A DNA stretch of 62,321 nucleotides, filler included. It is 3 parts of 3 records of this genome, joined end to end, with 100 filler letters (N's around TTAATTAATTAA, not from the genome) between each part and the next. Parts side by side here need not be neighbours in the genome. Positions count along the whole stretch, not along the records: positions 15,815 to 32,559 come from SRR31156797_7502; positions 32,660 to 62,321 come from SRR31156797_7506; 1 more part is not named here. The stretch is one strand, 5' to 3'. The first letter of the stretch is position 1. Each line of letters begins with the position of its first letter. Made by a program: the position numbers and the translations under genes. Under the pieces are notes generated by a model. That model did not search any database. It had not been told where the DNA came from and saw only the letters and a list, made by a program, of their open reading frames with translations. This document shows positions 29,162 through 37,193 of this stretch, piece after piece.

Positions 29162-29197
29162 AAAAAAAACGGCGCGTCGCCAACCGCGACGCGCCGT
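29162..29197 (-). terminator. Terminator-like hairpin
   Basis: Minus strand ACGGCGCGTCGC..GCGACGCGCCGT followed by a T-tract. Confidence 0.75.
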
Positions 29198-29231
29198 CAA
29201 TATAGCGTGCATTGCTGTTTCTTTCCAGCAT

Positions 29232-30518
29232 TTAGCCTTCGGGAACTTCCGCAACAGGAGCAACCTCGGCCTCGACAGGGGCAAAGATAGGTGCCTGTTT
29301 ACGAGCTACAGGGCCACCACCAATGGAAATCAATGTTTCCATACCGAGCATGCCCTTGAGCTTTTCCAACGCAAGGACAGACCTACGGCCTTCCTTGTCC
29401 AATACTTTTGCATATCCGCCATCAGCAATAATCTCAGCGTAATCGCTGGAATCAAGCTTGGGATCATCTTTAAAACGGGCCTCGAAGTTTTTCGCGTACT
29501 GACGAATCAACACATCCATTTCGATGTCGGACATATTCACAACACCGGACATGCCCAACACAACGGCTTCAGGAGTCAAATCGTCAGACTCGACCACTTT
29601 CTTGAAACTCCGTGCATATCGCAAACTACCGTCATAGATATGACTCCGTTTGACCACGTTCATCCCAGCCCAACCGGCATTAAGCCACTTGAACAGGAAA
29701 ACGGAACTCTTCGGAGCAGCTTGATCGTGCTCCACAAAGATTTGCACTGAACCGGATGAGTACATAAACGTATCCATCCAACCGATCATGCCCTTATTCA
29801 GCCCTTCAAGACCGGAATAGAAATAATCCCATTCCTTGTCGTTCAGGATCGCTCCCTTGCGACCAACATCGGATTTGCCATCCTGTTCGGTCACAGAAAC
29901 CAGTATATTCTTACCCTGATATTTGAGCAGAATAATCAACCTATTGAGATCGTAGGCATAGTAAGCCTCGGCAAAGGAATCAGGAGTGTTTGCCTCAAAC
30001 TCGCGCCCCCGGGTGATCACTGGTTCATTCAGCGTAGGAAGTTCCTCCCACAAACCTTTTTCACGAGCCAGGAATTGACTGCCCTCATGCCAACCGGACA
30101 GTCTGAGGACTGCGGGACACAACAAATAGTTGGGGATATCCGGATTATAAAAATACCGAAGAATACGATCCAAATCGGTGCGTACTTCCTGACGCAAACA
30201 GATACCATGCCCCTTGAACCGTTTGGCCGGGGCGATATCCTTGGGGTCATCCTGCATGTTCACGACAAAATCCAACATTGGCTGGATTTTGCTCACAGCC
30301 AACATGGAATCATCTCCCTGCAGTACCTCAAATAGATGGTCAATACCGGACTCGACATCCTTGGCCAATGGTGCCGGTTTAGGAGACAACTTCACATCCA
30401 TAAGACCTTCCGGTTCCTCGGCTCGCACCGGGGAAACAGCGGTCAGGACGCACAGCCCAAAAATCAGGGCGACAATGACTTGGACAACAGATAAAGATCT
30501 GAAAATATTATTCTTCAT
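29232..30518 (-). CDS. Exported hypothetical protein (428 aa)
   Basis: Signal peptide ending VRA|EE; long clean ORF; no family recognised. Confidence 0.8.
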   Translation of the reverse strand: MKNNIFRSLSVVQVIVALIFGLCVLTAVSPVRAEEPEGLMDVKLSPKPAPLAKDVESGIDHLFEVLQGDDSMLAVSKIQPMLDFVVNMQDDPKDIAPAKRFKGHGICLRQEVRTDLDRILRYFYNPDIPNYLLCPAVLRLSGWHEGSQFLAREKGLWEELPTLNEPVITRGREFEANTPDSFAEAYYAYDLNRLIILLKYQGKNILVSVTEQDGKSDVGRKGAILNDKEWDYFYSGLEGLNKGMIGWMDTFMYSSGSVQIFVEHDQAAPKSSVFLFKWLNAGWAGMNVVKRSHIYDGSLRYARSFKKVVESDDLTPEAVVLGMSGVVNMSDIEMDVLIRQYAKNFEARFKDDPKLDSSDYAEIIADGGYAKVLDKEGRRSVLALEKLKGMLGMETLISIGGGPVARKQAPIFAPVEAEVAPVAEVPEG

Positions 30519-30640
30519 ATAGTATTTGTATTGGTTGAGCCGCGCTTAAACACGGACGGTTTTTTTCATGTCCTCAAAACTCTATGTAGTAATCTTCCTC
30601 AGCTTTGGCAAGGGCGAGGCTATGACCCTGAAAAACCAAA

Positions 30641-31828
30641 TCAATCATCAGGCTCTGACGTTTTTTTCCTAAATCCCAAAAGTTCCACGCGAGTAACAGC
30701 CTTTCCTCCGAACTTGCGGCGAACTTCATCCACGGCCTTGTCCAACTCACTGGTAGCTTCCACCTCATGCGGAGACTCTTCAAAAAGTGTCACCTGCCGC
30801 GTCCTGGAATCAAAATTGGAAACCCCAACCCCGATAAGCCGTACTGCTCGACGCAACTGCAATTGTTCCAACAACTCACAGGCGGTTTCAAAAATGACGG
30901 CAGTTTCGTCTGTCCGGCCTCCAAGGCTTTTTGACCGCGTGATCTGTTTGAAGTCGGCATATTTGATCTTGAGCGTAACAGTCCGCCCCTTGTATCCATG
31001 CCGCCGAAGATCGGCCCCAACGCGTTCCGACTGGGTTAACAACCACTTTCTCAGGATTTTTCGATCTGTCGTATCCTCATGAAACGTGTTTTCCGCACTA
31101 CAACTCTTAGCCCCGGAAGACACCATAACCGGATTAGGATCTACACCGCGCGCGCGATCATGCAATGCGCCGCCATATTTGCCAAGCCTTTCCTCCCAAA
31201 AATCACGCGGCTTGAGCAATACATCGCCACACGTCCGCACACCAAGGCGTTTCAAAATCTCCACCAATTTTTTTCCCACACCGGGAATTTTTTTTACAGG
31301 CAGGGGATGCAAAAACGCAGCGACCTCGTCATGTCGTATGATATAAATTCCATTGGGTTTATCCATATCTGAAGCAATCTTTGCCAGAAAACGAACAGGA
31401 GCCGCCCCAACCGAACAGGTTAAACCTGTGACTTCCACCATGCGTGCCTTAATTTTACTACACACTTCTTCGATGGGACCAAAAAGTCGTTCGAGACCGG
31501 TTCCGTCCAGATAGGCCTCATCCACGCTTGCCTTTTCTACCGTAGGAGAAAACTCCCGCAACACGCCCATGGCTTGTCGCGAGATCTCCTTGTAGCGTTT
31601 CATGCGCCCCGGCACGAGAATGATATCCGGACACAACTGCCGGGCTTTGACCACGCTCATGGCCGAATACACGCCAAAAGCCCGCACTTCATAACTGGCA
31701 GCGGATACAACGCTTCGATCCGAAGTGCCCCCCACAGCCACAGGCTTACCGCGCAACTCAGGATTATCGAGTTGCTCCACTGACGCGAAAAAAGCGTCCA
31801 TATCTATGTGGAGTATCCAATTCTGCAT
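30641..31828 (-). CDS. dinB: DNA polymerase IV
   Basis: HIDMDAFFASVE, SAASYE, SVDEAYLD, AKIASDMDKPNG, IPGVGKK. Confidence 0.97.
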   Translation of the reverse strand: MQNWILHIDMDAFFASVEQLDNPELRGKPVAVGGTSDRSVVSAASYEVRAFGVYSAMSVVKARQLCPDIILVPGRMKRYKEISRQAMGVLREFSPTVEKASVDEAYLDGTGLERLFGPIEEVCSKIKARMVEVTGLTCSVGAAPVRFLAKIASDMDKPNGIYIIRHDEVAAFLHPLPVKKIPGVGKKLVEILKRLGVRTCGDVLLKPRDFWEERLGKYGGALHDRARGVDPNPVMVSSGAKSCSAENTFHEDTTDRKILRKWLLTQSERVGADLRRHGYKGRTVTLKIKYADFKQITRSKSLGGRTDETAVIFETACELLEQLQLRRAVRLIGVGVSNFDSRTRQVTLFEESPHEVEATSELDKAVDEVRRKFGGKAVTRVELLGFRKKTSEPDD

Positions 31829-31861
31829 CCAATAAATATCTCAGAAAGGGTTAGATCAAAA

Positions 31862-32559
31862 TTAATCCTGTCCAGCCCGGGCAAAGACCTGTTTGCACTC
31901 TTCCACAAAATTCCGAGCCATATCGGGGTTGCTCCCAAAATGCATATGAACATAGGAACCAAGGGTATTGCCCACCTGAAAACCCTCCGGGCTATCAATG
32001 GGACCCTTGCGTCCGGTCATGGAATAGACAGAAAGCAACGATTGCATACCGGGATCATCCTGAATGGAAGAATAATGAAATTCATGACCGCGTGCACATG
32101 TCCCGGCAGGACCAAGCACCGTATCCGCCTGAGTCGAGACTTCCCGATAGCCTAATGCGCGGAATTTTTCGAACATTTCCGCTCGAATGGGAAACACCCC
32201 GGACATCGCGTACCGCCCACGCCCGGTGATAATATCATTCATCAAATACATGAACCCGCCACATTCAGCATAGACAGGACGACCGGATTCACAAAATTCC
32301 TTGATCTCCCGACGAAGCTTATTGTTCTGTCCCAATTCAAAAACATACAGTTCAGGATAACCGCCACCAAGGTAAAGCCCATCCAATTGTTCGGGCAGTC
32401 GGGCATCTTCAAGGGGCGAGAACTCTACCAGCCGTGCTCCAGCTTCACGAAGTAGCCGCAAGTTTTCTTCATAGTAAAAGCAAAAAGCGTTATCCCGAGC
32501 CAAGCCAATGGTCACACTTGGCAACTGAGGCACCGGTGCAAACGGCGGCATAACCTCGG
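31862..32559 (-). CDS. cbiA: Cobyrinate a,c-diamide synthase, C-terminal glutaminase part (truncated by contig end)
   Basis: ARDNAFCFYYEEN, GGGYPEL, YAECGG, GHEFHYS, SYVHMHF. Confidence 0.92.
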
Positions 32560-32659
32560 NNNNNNNNNNNNNNNNNNNNNNNNNNNNNNNNNNNNNNNNN
32601 NNNTTAATTAATTAANNNNNNNNNNNNNNNNNNNNNNNNNNNNNNNNNNNNNNNNNNNN
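32560..32659. other. Artificial contig spacer
   Basis: Same N44-TTAATTAATTAA-N44 linker as at 15715. Confidence 0.98.
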
Positions 32660-32726
32660 CCAAAGGGAACAGACTGTAAATCTGTCGGCAACGCCTTCGG
32701 AGGTTCGAATCCTCCCCCCACCACCA
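32660..32726 (+). tRNA. tRNA-Tyr(GTA), 5' end cut by contig start
   Basis: Anticodon arm ACAGA-CTGTAAA-TCTGT (GTA 32676-78), long variable arm, GGAGG-TTCGAAT-CCTCC T-arm, encoded CCA. Confidence 0.93.
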
Positions 32727-32887
32727 CTTTGAATCCTCGGTTGATTCCAAAAAAACCAAAAGTACAGGGTGTTACAAACACAGTTGAGCACGGCCTGATA
32801 TACATAGTTCTGCGGGAAAGATCTCGACAGAACTGTTTTTTTGTTGTGCCTATGCCTGTTTAAACATCCTGCGCGGGAGATCTGGAT

Positions 32888-33319
32888 ATGGCCGGTAAAG
32901 TTGTAATCGGTTCGGACCACGGGGGATTCACCCTCAAAGCTTTTGCCATCAAACTGCTCAGCGACATGGGCTATGATGTAATTGATGCCGGACCTGAAGA
33001 AGCTGTCAGCTGCGACTATCCTGTTTACGCCGAAAAAGTAGCCGAGATGGTTACCGGGGAAGACATTCCCGGCATCCTGATCTGCGGAACCGGACTGGGC
33101 ATGTCCATGGCTGCTAATAAAATCAAGGGCATCCGCGCTGCCATGTGTACCAATGAGTACATGGCCAAGATGGCCCGTGCGCACAATAATGCGAACATCC
33201 TCTGCCTCGGTGAACGAGTAATCGGGCCCGGGCTGGCGGAAGAAATTATCCGCGCCTTCATGACTTCCGAGTTTGAAGGTGATCGGCACCTGCGCAGAAT
33301 CAATCTTTTCGATAAATAG
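32888..33319 (+). CDS. rpiB: Ribose-5-phosphate isomerase B
   Basis: GSDHGG, DYP, ICGTGLGMSMAANK, AHNNAN, RHLRRI. Confidence 0.96.
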   Translation: MAGKVVIGSDHGGFTLKAFAIKLLSDMGYDVIDAGPEEAVSCDYPVYAEKVAEMVTGEDIPGILICGTGLGMSMAANKIKGIRAAMCTNEYMAKMARAHNNANILCLGERVIGPGLAEEIIRAFMTSEFEGDRHLRRINLFDK

Positions 33320-33455
33320 TAGAAATCCCGTCAGCATCATTGCAGGCGGGATTCTTTAATTTATAACATTAGACAGCATTCTCCAGGGAAGTGGGGCGCT
33401 TAGACGTCTAGCTTGAATGCTGAATAAAATATCATCACTAATAGGGGACTCAAAA

Positions 33456-35435
33456 ATGAGTAACAACCAGTTGGACCAGAAAGCGGTCAACGTTGTAAAA
33501 GGTTTGATCATGGACTCCATCCGTAAGGCCAATTCCGGCCATCCCGGTGGTTCCATGTCTTCCGCGGACTTCGCCTATGTCCTGTACAAGGACTTCCTTA
33601 AATTCGATCCCAGCAATCCCGAGTGGGCTGACCGCGACCGTTTCGTAATGGCTGCAGGTCACGAATCCCCGCTGCTCTACTCCATCCTGCACCTCTGCGG
33701 ATTCCTGACCATCGAAGACCTCAAGCAGTTCCGCCAGCTGGATTCCATCACCCCCGGCCACCCCGAGCACGACATGACCCCCGGCGTTGAAGCCACTTCC
33801 GGCCCTCTCGGCCAGGGCTTCTGTGTCGGTGTAGGTATGGCTACCGCTGAAGCTTTCCTCAACGCCAACACCAACGACGACGTTGTAGACCACTACACCT
33901 ACGTGCTCTCCTCCGACGGCGACTTTCAGGAGCCTGTAGCACTCGGTGCTGCAACCCTCGCCGGTCTCTGGGGACTTGGCAAACTCGTCGTTTACTACGA
34001 TTCCAACGACATCCAGCTCGCCGGTCCCACCAGCAAATGCGACTGCACCGACTTCAAAAAGGTTTTCGAAGCCATGTGCTGGCACGTTGTGGAAATCGAC
34101 GGTCACGACCACGAAGCTATCCGCGAAGCAGTGAAAGCTGGTCAGGCTGAAACTTCCAAGCCTACCCTGATCATCGGTAAAACCGTAATGGCTAAAGGCG
34201 CAGCTACCTGCGAAGGCAGCCACTCCACCCACGGTTCCCCGCTTTCCCACGAAGAAATCGAAGCTACCAAAAAATGCTTCGGTCTTCCCGAAAAAGAAAC
34301 TTTCTACGTTCCCGAAGATGTTGTTGAACATTTTCAGGCTCGTTTCCCCGATCTCAAAGCACTGGCAGCTCAGTGGAAAGAAAAATCCGACGCAGCACTC
34401 GCCGCTGACGAAAAAATTGCCGCTTTCTGGGCCAATGCCAACAAAGATCGTAAAGACATCAAGCTCGAACTGCCTGAGTTCGAAGCAGGTCAGTCCATTG
34501 CTACCCGTAAGGCATGGGGCGCATGCCTCGACGCTATCACCGACGCTCTGCCCACTCTGGTGGGTGGTTCCGCGGACCTCGATCCCTCCAACCAGACTGC
34601 GAATTTCCGCAAAAAAGTTGGCGACTTCGCCATTGACGGCAAGACCGCGCGTAACCTCGCTTTCGGTGTCCGTGAGTTCCCCATGTCCGTTATCCTTAAC
34701 GGTATGGCCCTGCACGGCGGCGTCATCCCCTTCGGCGCAACCTTCCTGACCTTCTCCGACTACTGCAGAAACGGCATGCGCATGTCCGCACTTCAGCACC
34801 TGCCGGTCCTCTACATCTACACCCACGATTCTTTCTACGTAGGTGAAGACGGTCCCACCCATCAGCCCATTGAGCACGTATCTTCTCTGCGTCTCATCCC
34901 GAACATGCTGATACTCCGCCCCGCTGATGCACGCGAAACCGCAGCTTGCCTCGAGATCGCCATGGCACAGGACAAACGTCCTTCCTCCCTTATGCTCACC
35001 CGTCAAGGACTGCCCGTCCTCGGCAAGGATGAGTACCCGCAGGTAGAAGAAGGCGTTAAACGCGGGGGTTATATCGTAAAAGATTGCGAAGGCACCCCGG
35101 ACATGATCGCCATTGCCGCTGGTTCCGAAGTATCCCTCGCCATTGAAGCTGCTTCCATGATTGAAGGCAAAAAGATCCGCGTGGTCTCCATGCCCTCCGT
35201 GGAACTCTTCGAAGAGCAGGATCAGGAATACAAGGACTCCGTACTTGATCCCAATGTCCGCACCCGCGTGGCAGCAGAAGCAGGCCGCCCCGAAGGCTGG
35301 TACAAGTACGTAGGTCTCGACGGCGCAGTACTCGGCATCGACCACTTCGGCGCATCCGCTCCCGCTGGTCAGCTTGCAGAGAAATACGGCTTCACCGCTG
35401 CTAACCTCGCCGAGCTGATGAAGAAGCAGTTCTAA
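33456..35435 (+). CDS. tkt: Transketolase
   Basis: ANSGHPG, DRFVMAAGH, TSGPLGQG, SDGDFQE, FGVREF, GEDGPTHQPIE. Confidence 0.98.
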   Translation: MSNNQLDQKAVNVVKGLIMDSIRKANSGHPGGSMSSADFAYVLYKDFLKFDPSNPEWADRDRFVMAAGHESPLLYSILHLCGFLTIEDLKQFRQLDSITPGHPEHDMTPGVEATSGPLGQGFCVGVGMATAEAFLNANTNDDVVDHYTYVLSSDGDFQEPVALGAATLAGLWGLGKLVVYYDSNDIQLAGPTSKCDCTDFKKVFEAMCWHVVEIDGHDHEAIREAVKAGQAETSKPTLIIGKTVMAKGAATCEGSHSTHGSPLSHEEIEATKKCFGLPEKETFYVPEDVVEHFQARFPDLKALAAQWKEKSDAALAADEKIAAFWANANKDRKDIKLELPEFEAGQSIATRKAWGACLDAITDALPTLVGGSADLDPSNQTANFRKKVGDFAIDGKTARNLAFGVREFPMSVILNGMALHGGVIPFGATFLTFSDYCRNGMRMSALQHLPVLYIYTHDSFYVGEDGPTHQPIEHVSSLRLIPNMLILRPADARETAACLEIAMAQDKRPSSLMLTRQGLPVLGKDEYPQVEEGVKRGGYIVKDCEGTPDMIAIAAGSEVSLAIEAASMIEGKKIRVVSMPSVELFEEQDQEYKDSVLDPNVRTRVAAEAGRPEGWYKYVGLDGAVLGIDHFGASAPAGQLAEKYGFTAANLAELMKKQF

Positions 35436-35461
35436 GACTGATTCAAAAATTAGACTATCCT

Positions 35462-35494
35462 AAAGCCCGCTGGACTTGTTCCGGCGGGCTTTTT
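35462..35494 (+). terminator. Intrinsic terminator after tkt
   Basis: AAAGCCCGCTGGA..TCCGGCGGGCTTT-TT. Confidence 0.85.
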
Positions 35495-35513
35495 CATTAT
35501 TTTAACGGAGTGG

Positions 35514-36377
35514 TTGCTATATTTAGAGACGATGGCATATATAAACACAATAAAAACAAGGAGAGATACTTTGCAACTAGTGACGCGACTCATAAATAGA
35601 CCGCATAAGCTTTGTATACTCATTACTTCTCTCTTTATTCTCTTTTCAAGCCTCACCGCAACAACACCCTGCCCAGCATCTGAAATCATCATCACCGGCA
35701 ACGAATCCAAGCCCCCTAAAATACATATCAAAGACAAGGAACCCTGCGGAATACTGATTGAAATCATGAAATACATGGATCAACGCTTGGAGGATCATGA
35801 ATTCACCTACCAGTTATTTCCGTGGGTCCGGGCATATGCAATAGCTGAAAAAGGCAAAGCCGGAATCGTGGGGCTGTCTAAAACGAATCGACGAGAAAAA
35901 ATCTTCGACTACTCCGATCCGCTTTATTTTGATGAAGTAATTCTGGTCGTGAAAAAAGGGCATGAATTCAATTTTGAAAAGATCACAGACCTGTATGGTA
36001 AAACCGTAGGCATCGGGCGTGGGGGGACTTTTGGCGATGACTTTGATTATGCGGTACAATCAGGACTGTTTAAGACTCATGAGGATAATGGAGATTCAGC
36101 ACGTTTACGCCTGTTGCTGGATGAACATATAGATGTAGCCCTGATCAGTCCGGGTAGATTTGCTTTGCAGTCAGTCATCAGAAGCAACAAATGGCTGAAA
36201 AAGTATGCAGATCAATTTGTAATCTTACCTGTTCCTTTGAAAAACGACCCTAACTACCTTGGGTTCGCCAAATCCGAACGTATGACCAGTTTCCTGAAAC
36301 ATTTCAACGACCAGCTCATGAAAGCCCGCAATAATGGGGATCTGGAAAGAATCATTAAAAGTTTTTGCGAGCAGTAA
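35514..36377 (+). CDS. Orphan periplasmic substrate-binding protein, family 3 (start uncertain)
   Basis: GILIEI, PWVRA, GLSKTNRREKIFDYSDP, DLYGKTVG, YLGFAK; no permease adjacent. Confidence 0.82.
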   Translation: MLYLETMAYINTIKTRRDTLQLVTRLINRPHKLCILITSLFILFSSLTATTPCPASEIIITGNESKPPKIHIKDKEPCGILIEIMKYMDQRLEDHEFTYQLFPWVRAYAIAEKGKAGIVGLSKTNRREKIFDYSDPLYFDEVILVVKKGHEFNFEKITDLYGKTVGIGRGGTFGDDFDYAVQSGLFKTHEDNGDSARLRLLLDEHIDVALISPGRFALQSVIRSNKWLKKYADQFVILPVPLKNDPNYLGFAKSERMTSFLKHFNDQLMKARNNGDLERIIKSFCEQ

Positions 36378-36434
36378 AAAAGCCGCAGAGACTCCACGTC
36401 CCGACGGCTTCATAATTAAAATTTTCGCATTCCC

Positions 36435-36716
36435 CTACCTCACCAAAGCATCCGCCACAGCAACACAAACAGCCAAAGCAGCATGATCGCTCTGTCCGGC
36501 AAAATTCTTGCCGTCCTTGGTCAAAGTTGCGCGCCAGTCAGTTTCAGTCATGCTGCCCCGGCTTAAATCTTCAAGCTGAAATTTCCAGCCCTCTTCTTCC
36601 ATCTTCTCAGTAATCTTCAGAGCATCGTGAATATCTTCCATGGCCCGCTCAGGCATGTTATCGCCGAGCTTTTCCTTGAGTAGTTCTTCCAGACTTTCGT
36701 ATGTATATTCAGCCAT
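36435..36716 (-). CDS. Hypothetical protein, possibly phage ABA-sandwich-like
   Basis: GGAGG RBS, own terminator-like hairpin; EDIHDALKITEKM..AALAVCVA pattern. Confidence 0.7.
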   Translation of the reverse strand: MAEYTYESLEELLKEKLGDNMPERAMEDIHDALKITEKMEEEGWKFQLEDLSRGSMTETDWRATLTKDGKNFAGQSDHAALAVCVAVADALVR

Positions 36717-36868
36717 TTTTATTTCCTCCCAATGGTACGGTTATTCGAAAGTCTCAATGAATCACCTAATGCTATGCAAGTCAATTTCCATACCCTGCAC
36801 AAAAGAAAACCGCCAAACCAAACGGCCCGACGGTTTTCAATTCTTCGCAATTAAATCAATTACGAATA

Positions 36869-37087
36869 CTAATTATCCAAAGCTTCCTTAGCCTTGTCCT
36901 TAGCATCCTCGTATGCATCTTTGGCCTGATCGCTCATCTCATCTGCTTTGTCTTTGGCCTGTTCCATAGCCTGATCGAACTGCTTGCCAAGCTTCTCGCC
37001 AGCACCTTCATTATCTTCACAGCCGGAAACAACAGTCATCATGGCAACCAGACACAAAACATAAACGACTTTTTTCAACCAATTCAT
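36869..37087 (-). CDS. Small lipoprotein with helical AKD repeats (YtxH/LEA-like)
   Basis: GAGG RBS, lipobox VSGC, repeated AKDKA/AKDAY. Confidence 0.75.
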   Translation of the reverse strand: MNWLKKVVYVLCLVAMMTVVSGCEDNEGAGEKLGKQFDQAMEQAKDKADEMSDQAKDAYEDAKDKAKEALDN

Positions 37088-37111
37088 AACAACCTCTCTT
37101 AAATACTAATA

Positions 37112-37184
37112 AGGATTCCAAAGGGGATTACCCCCTTTGCCCGCCGGAGGCGAAATCCGTTTATCCAAAGCGCGAAGCGCATCC
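37112..37184. repeat. Multi-hairpin intergenic REP/MITE-like element
   Basis: CAAAGGGG-attac-CCCCTTTG, CCGCCGGAGGC, GCGC-gaa-GCGC. Confidence 0.55.
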
Positions 37185-37193
37185 AAATCTTTC

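Noticed and set aside
33450..35345. 631-aa antisense ORF opposite tkt
   Set aside because: Shadow frame explained by the strong codon bias of tkt; no motifs recognised. The same applies to 26579-27664 opposite serS and 14697-15770 opposite tctC.
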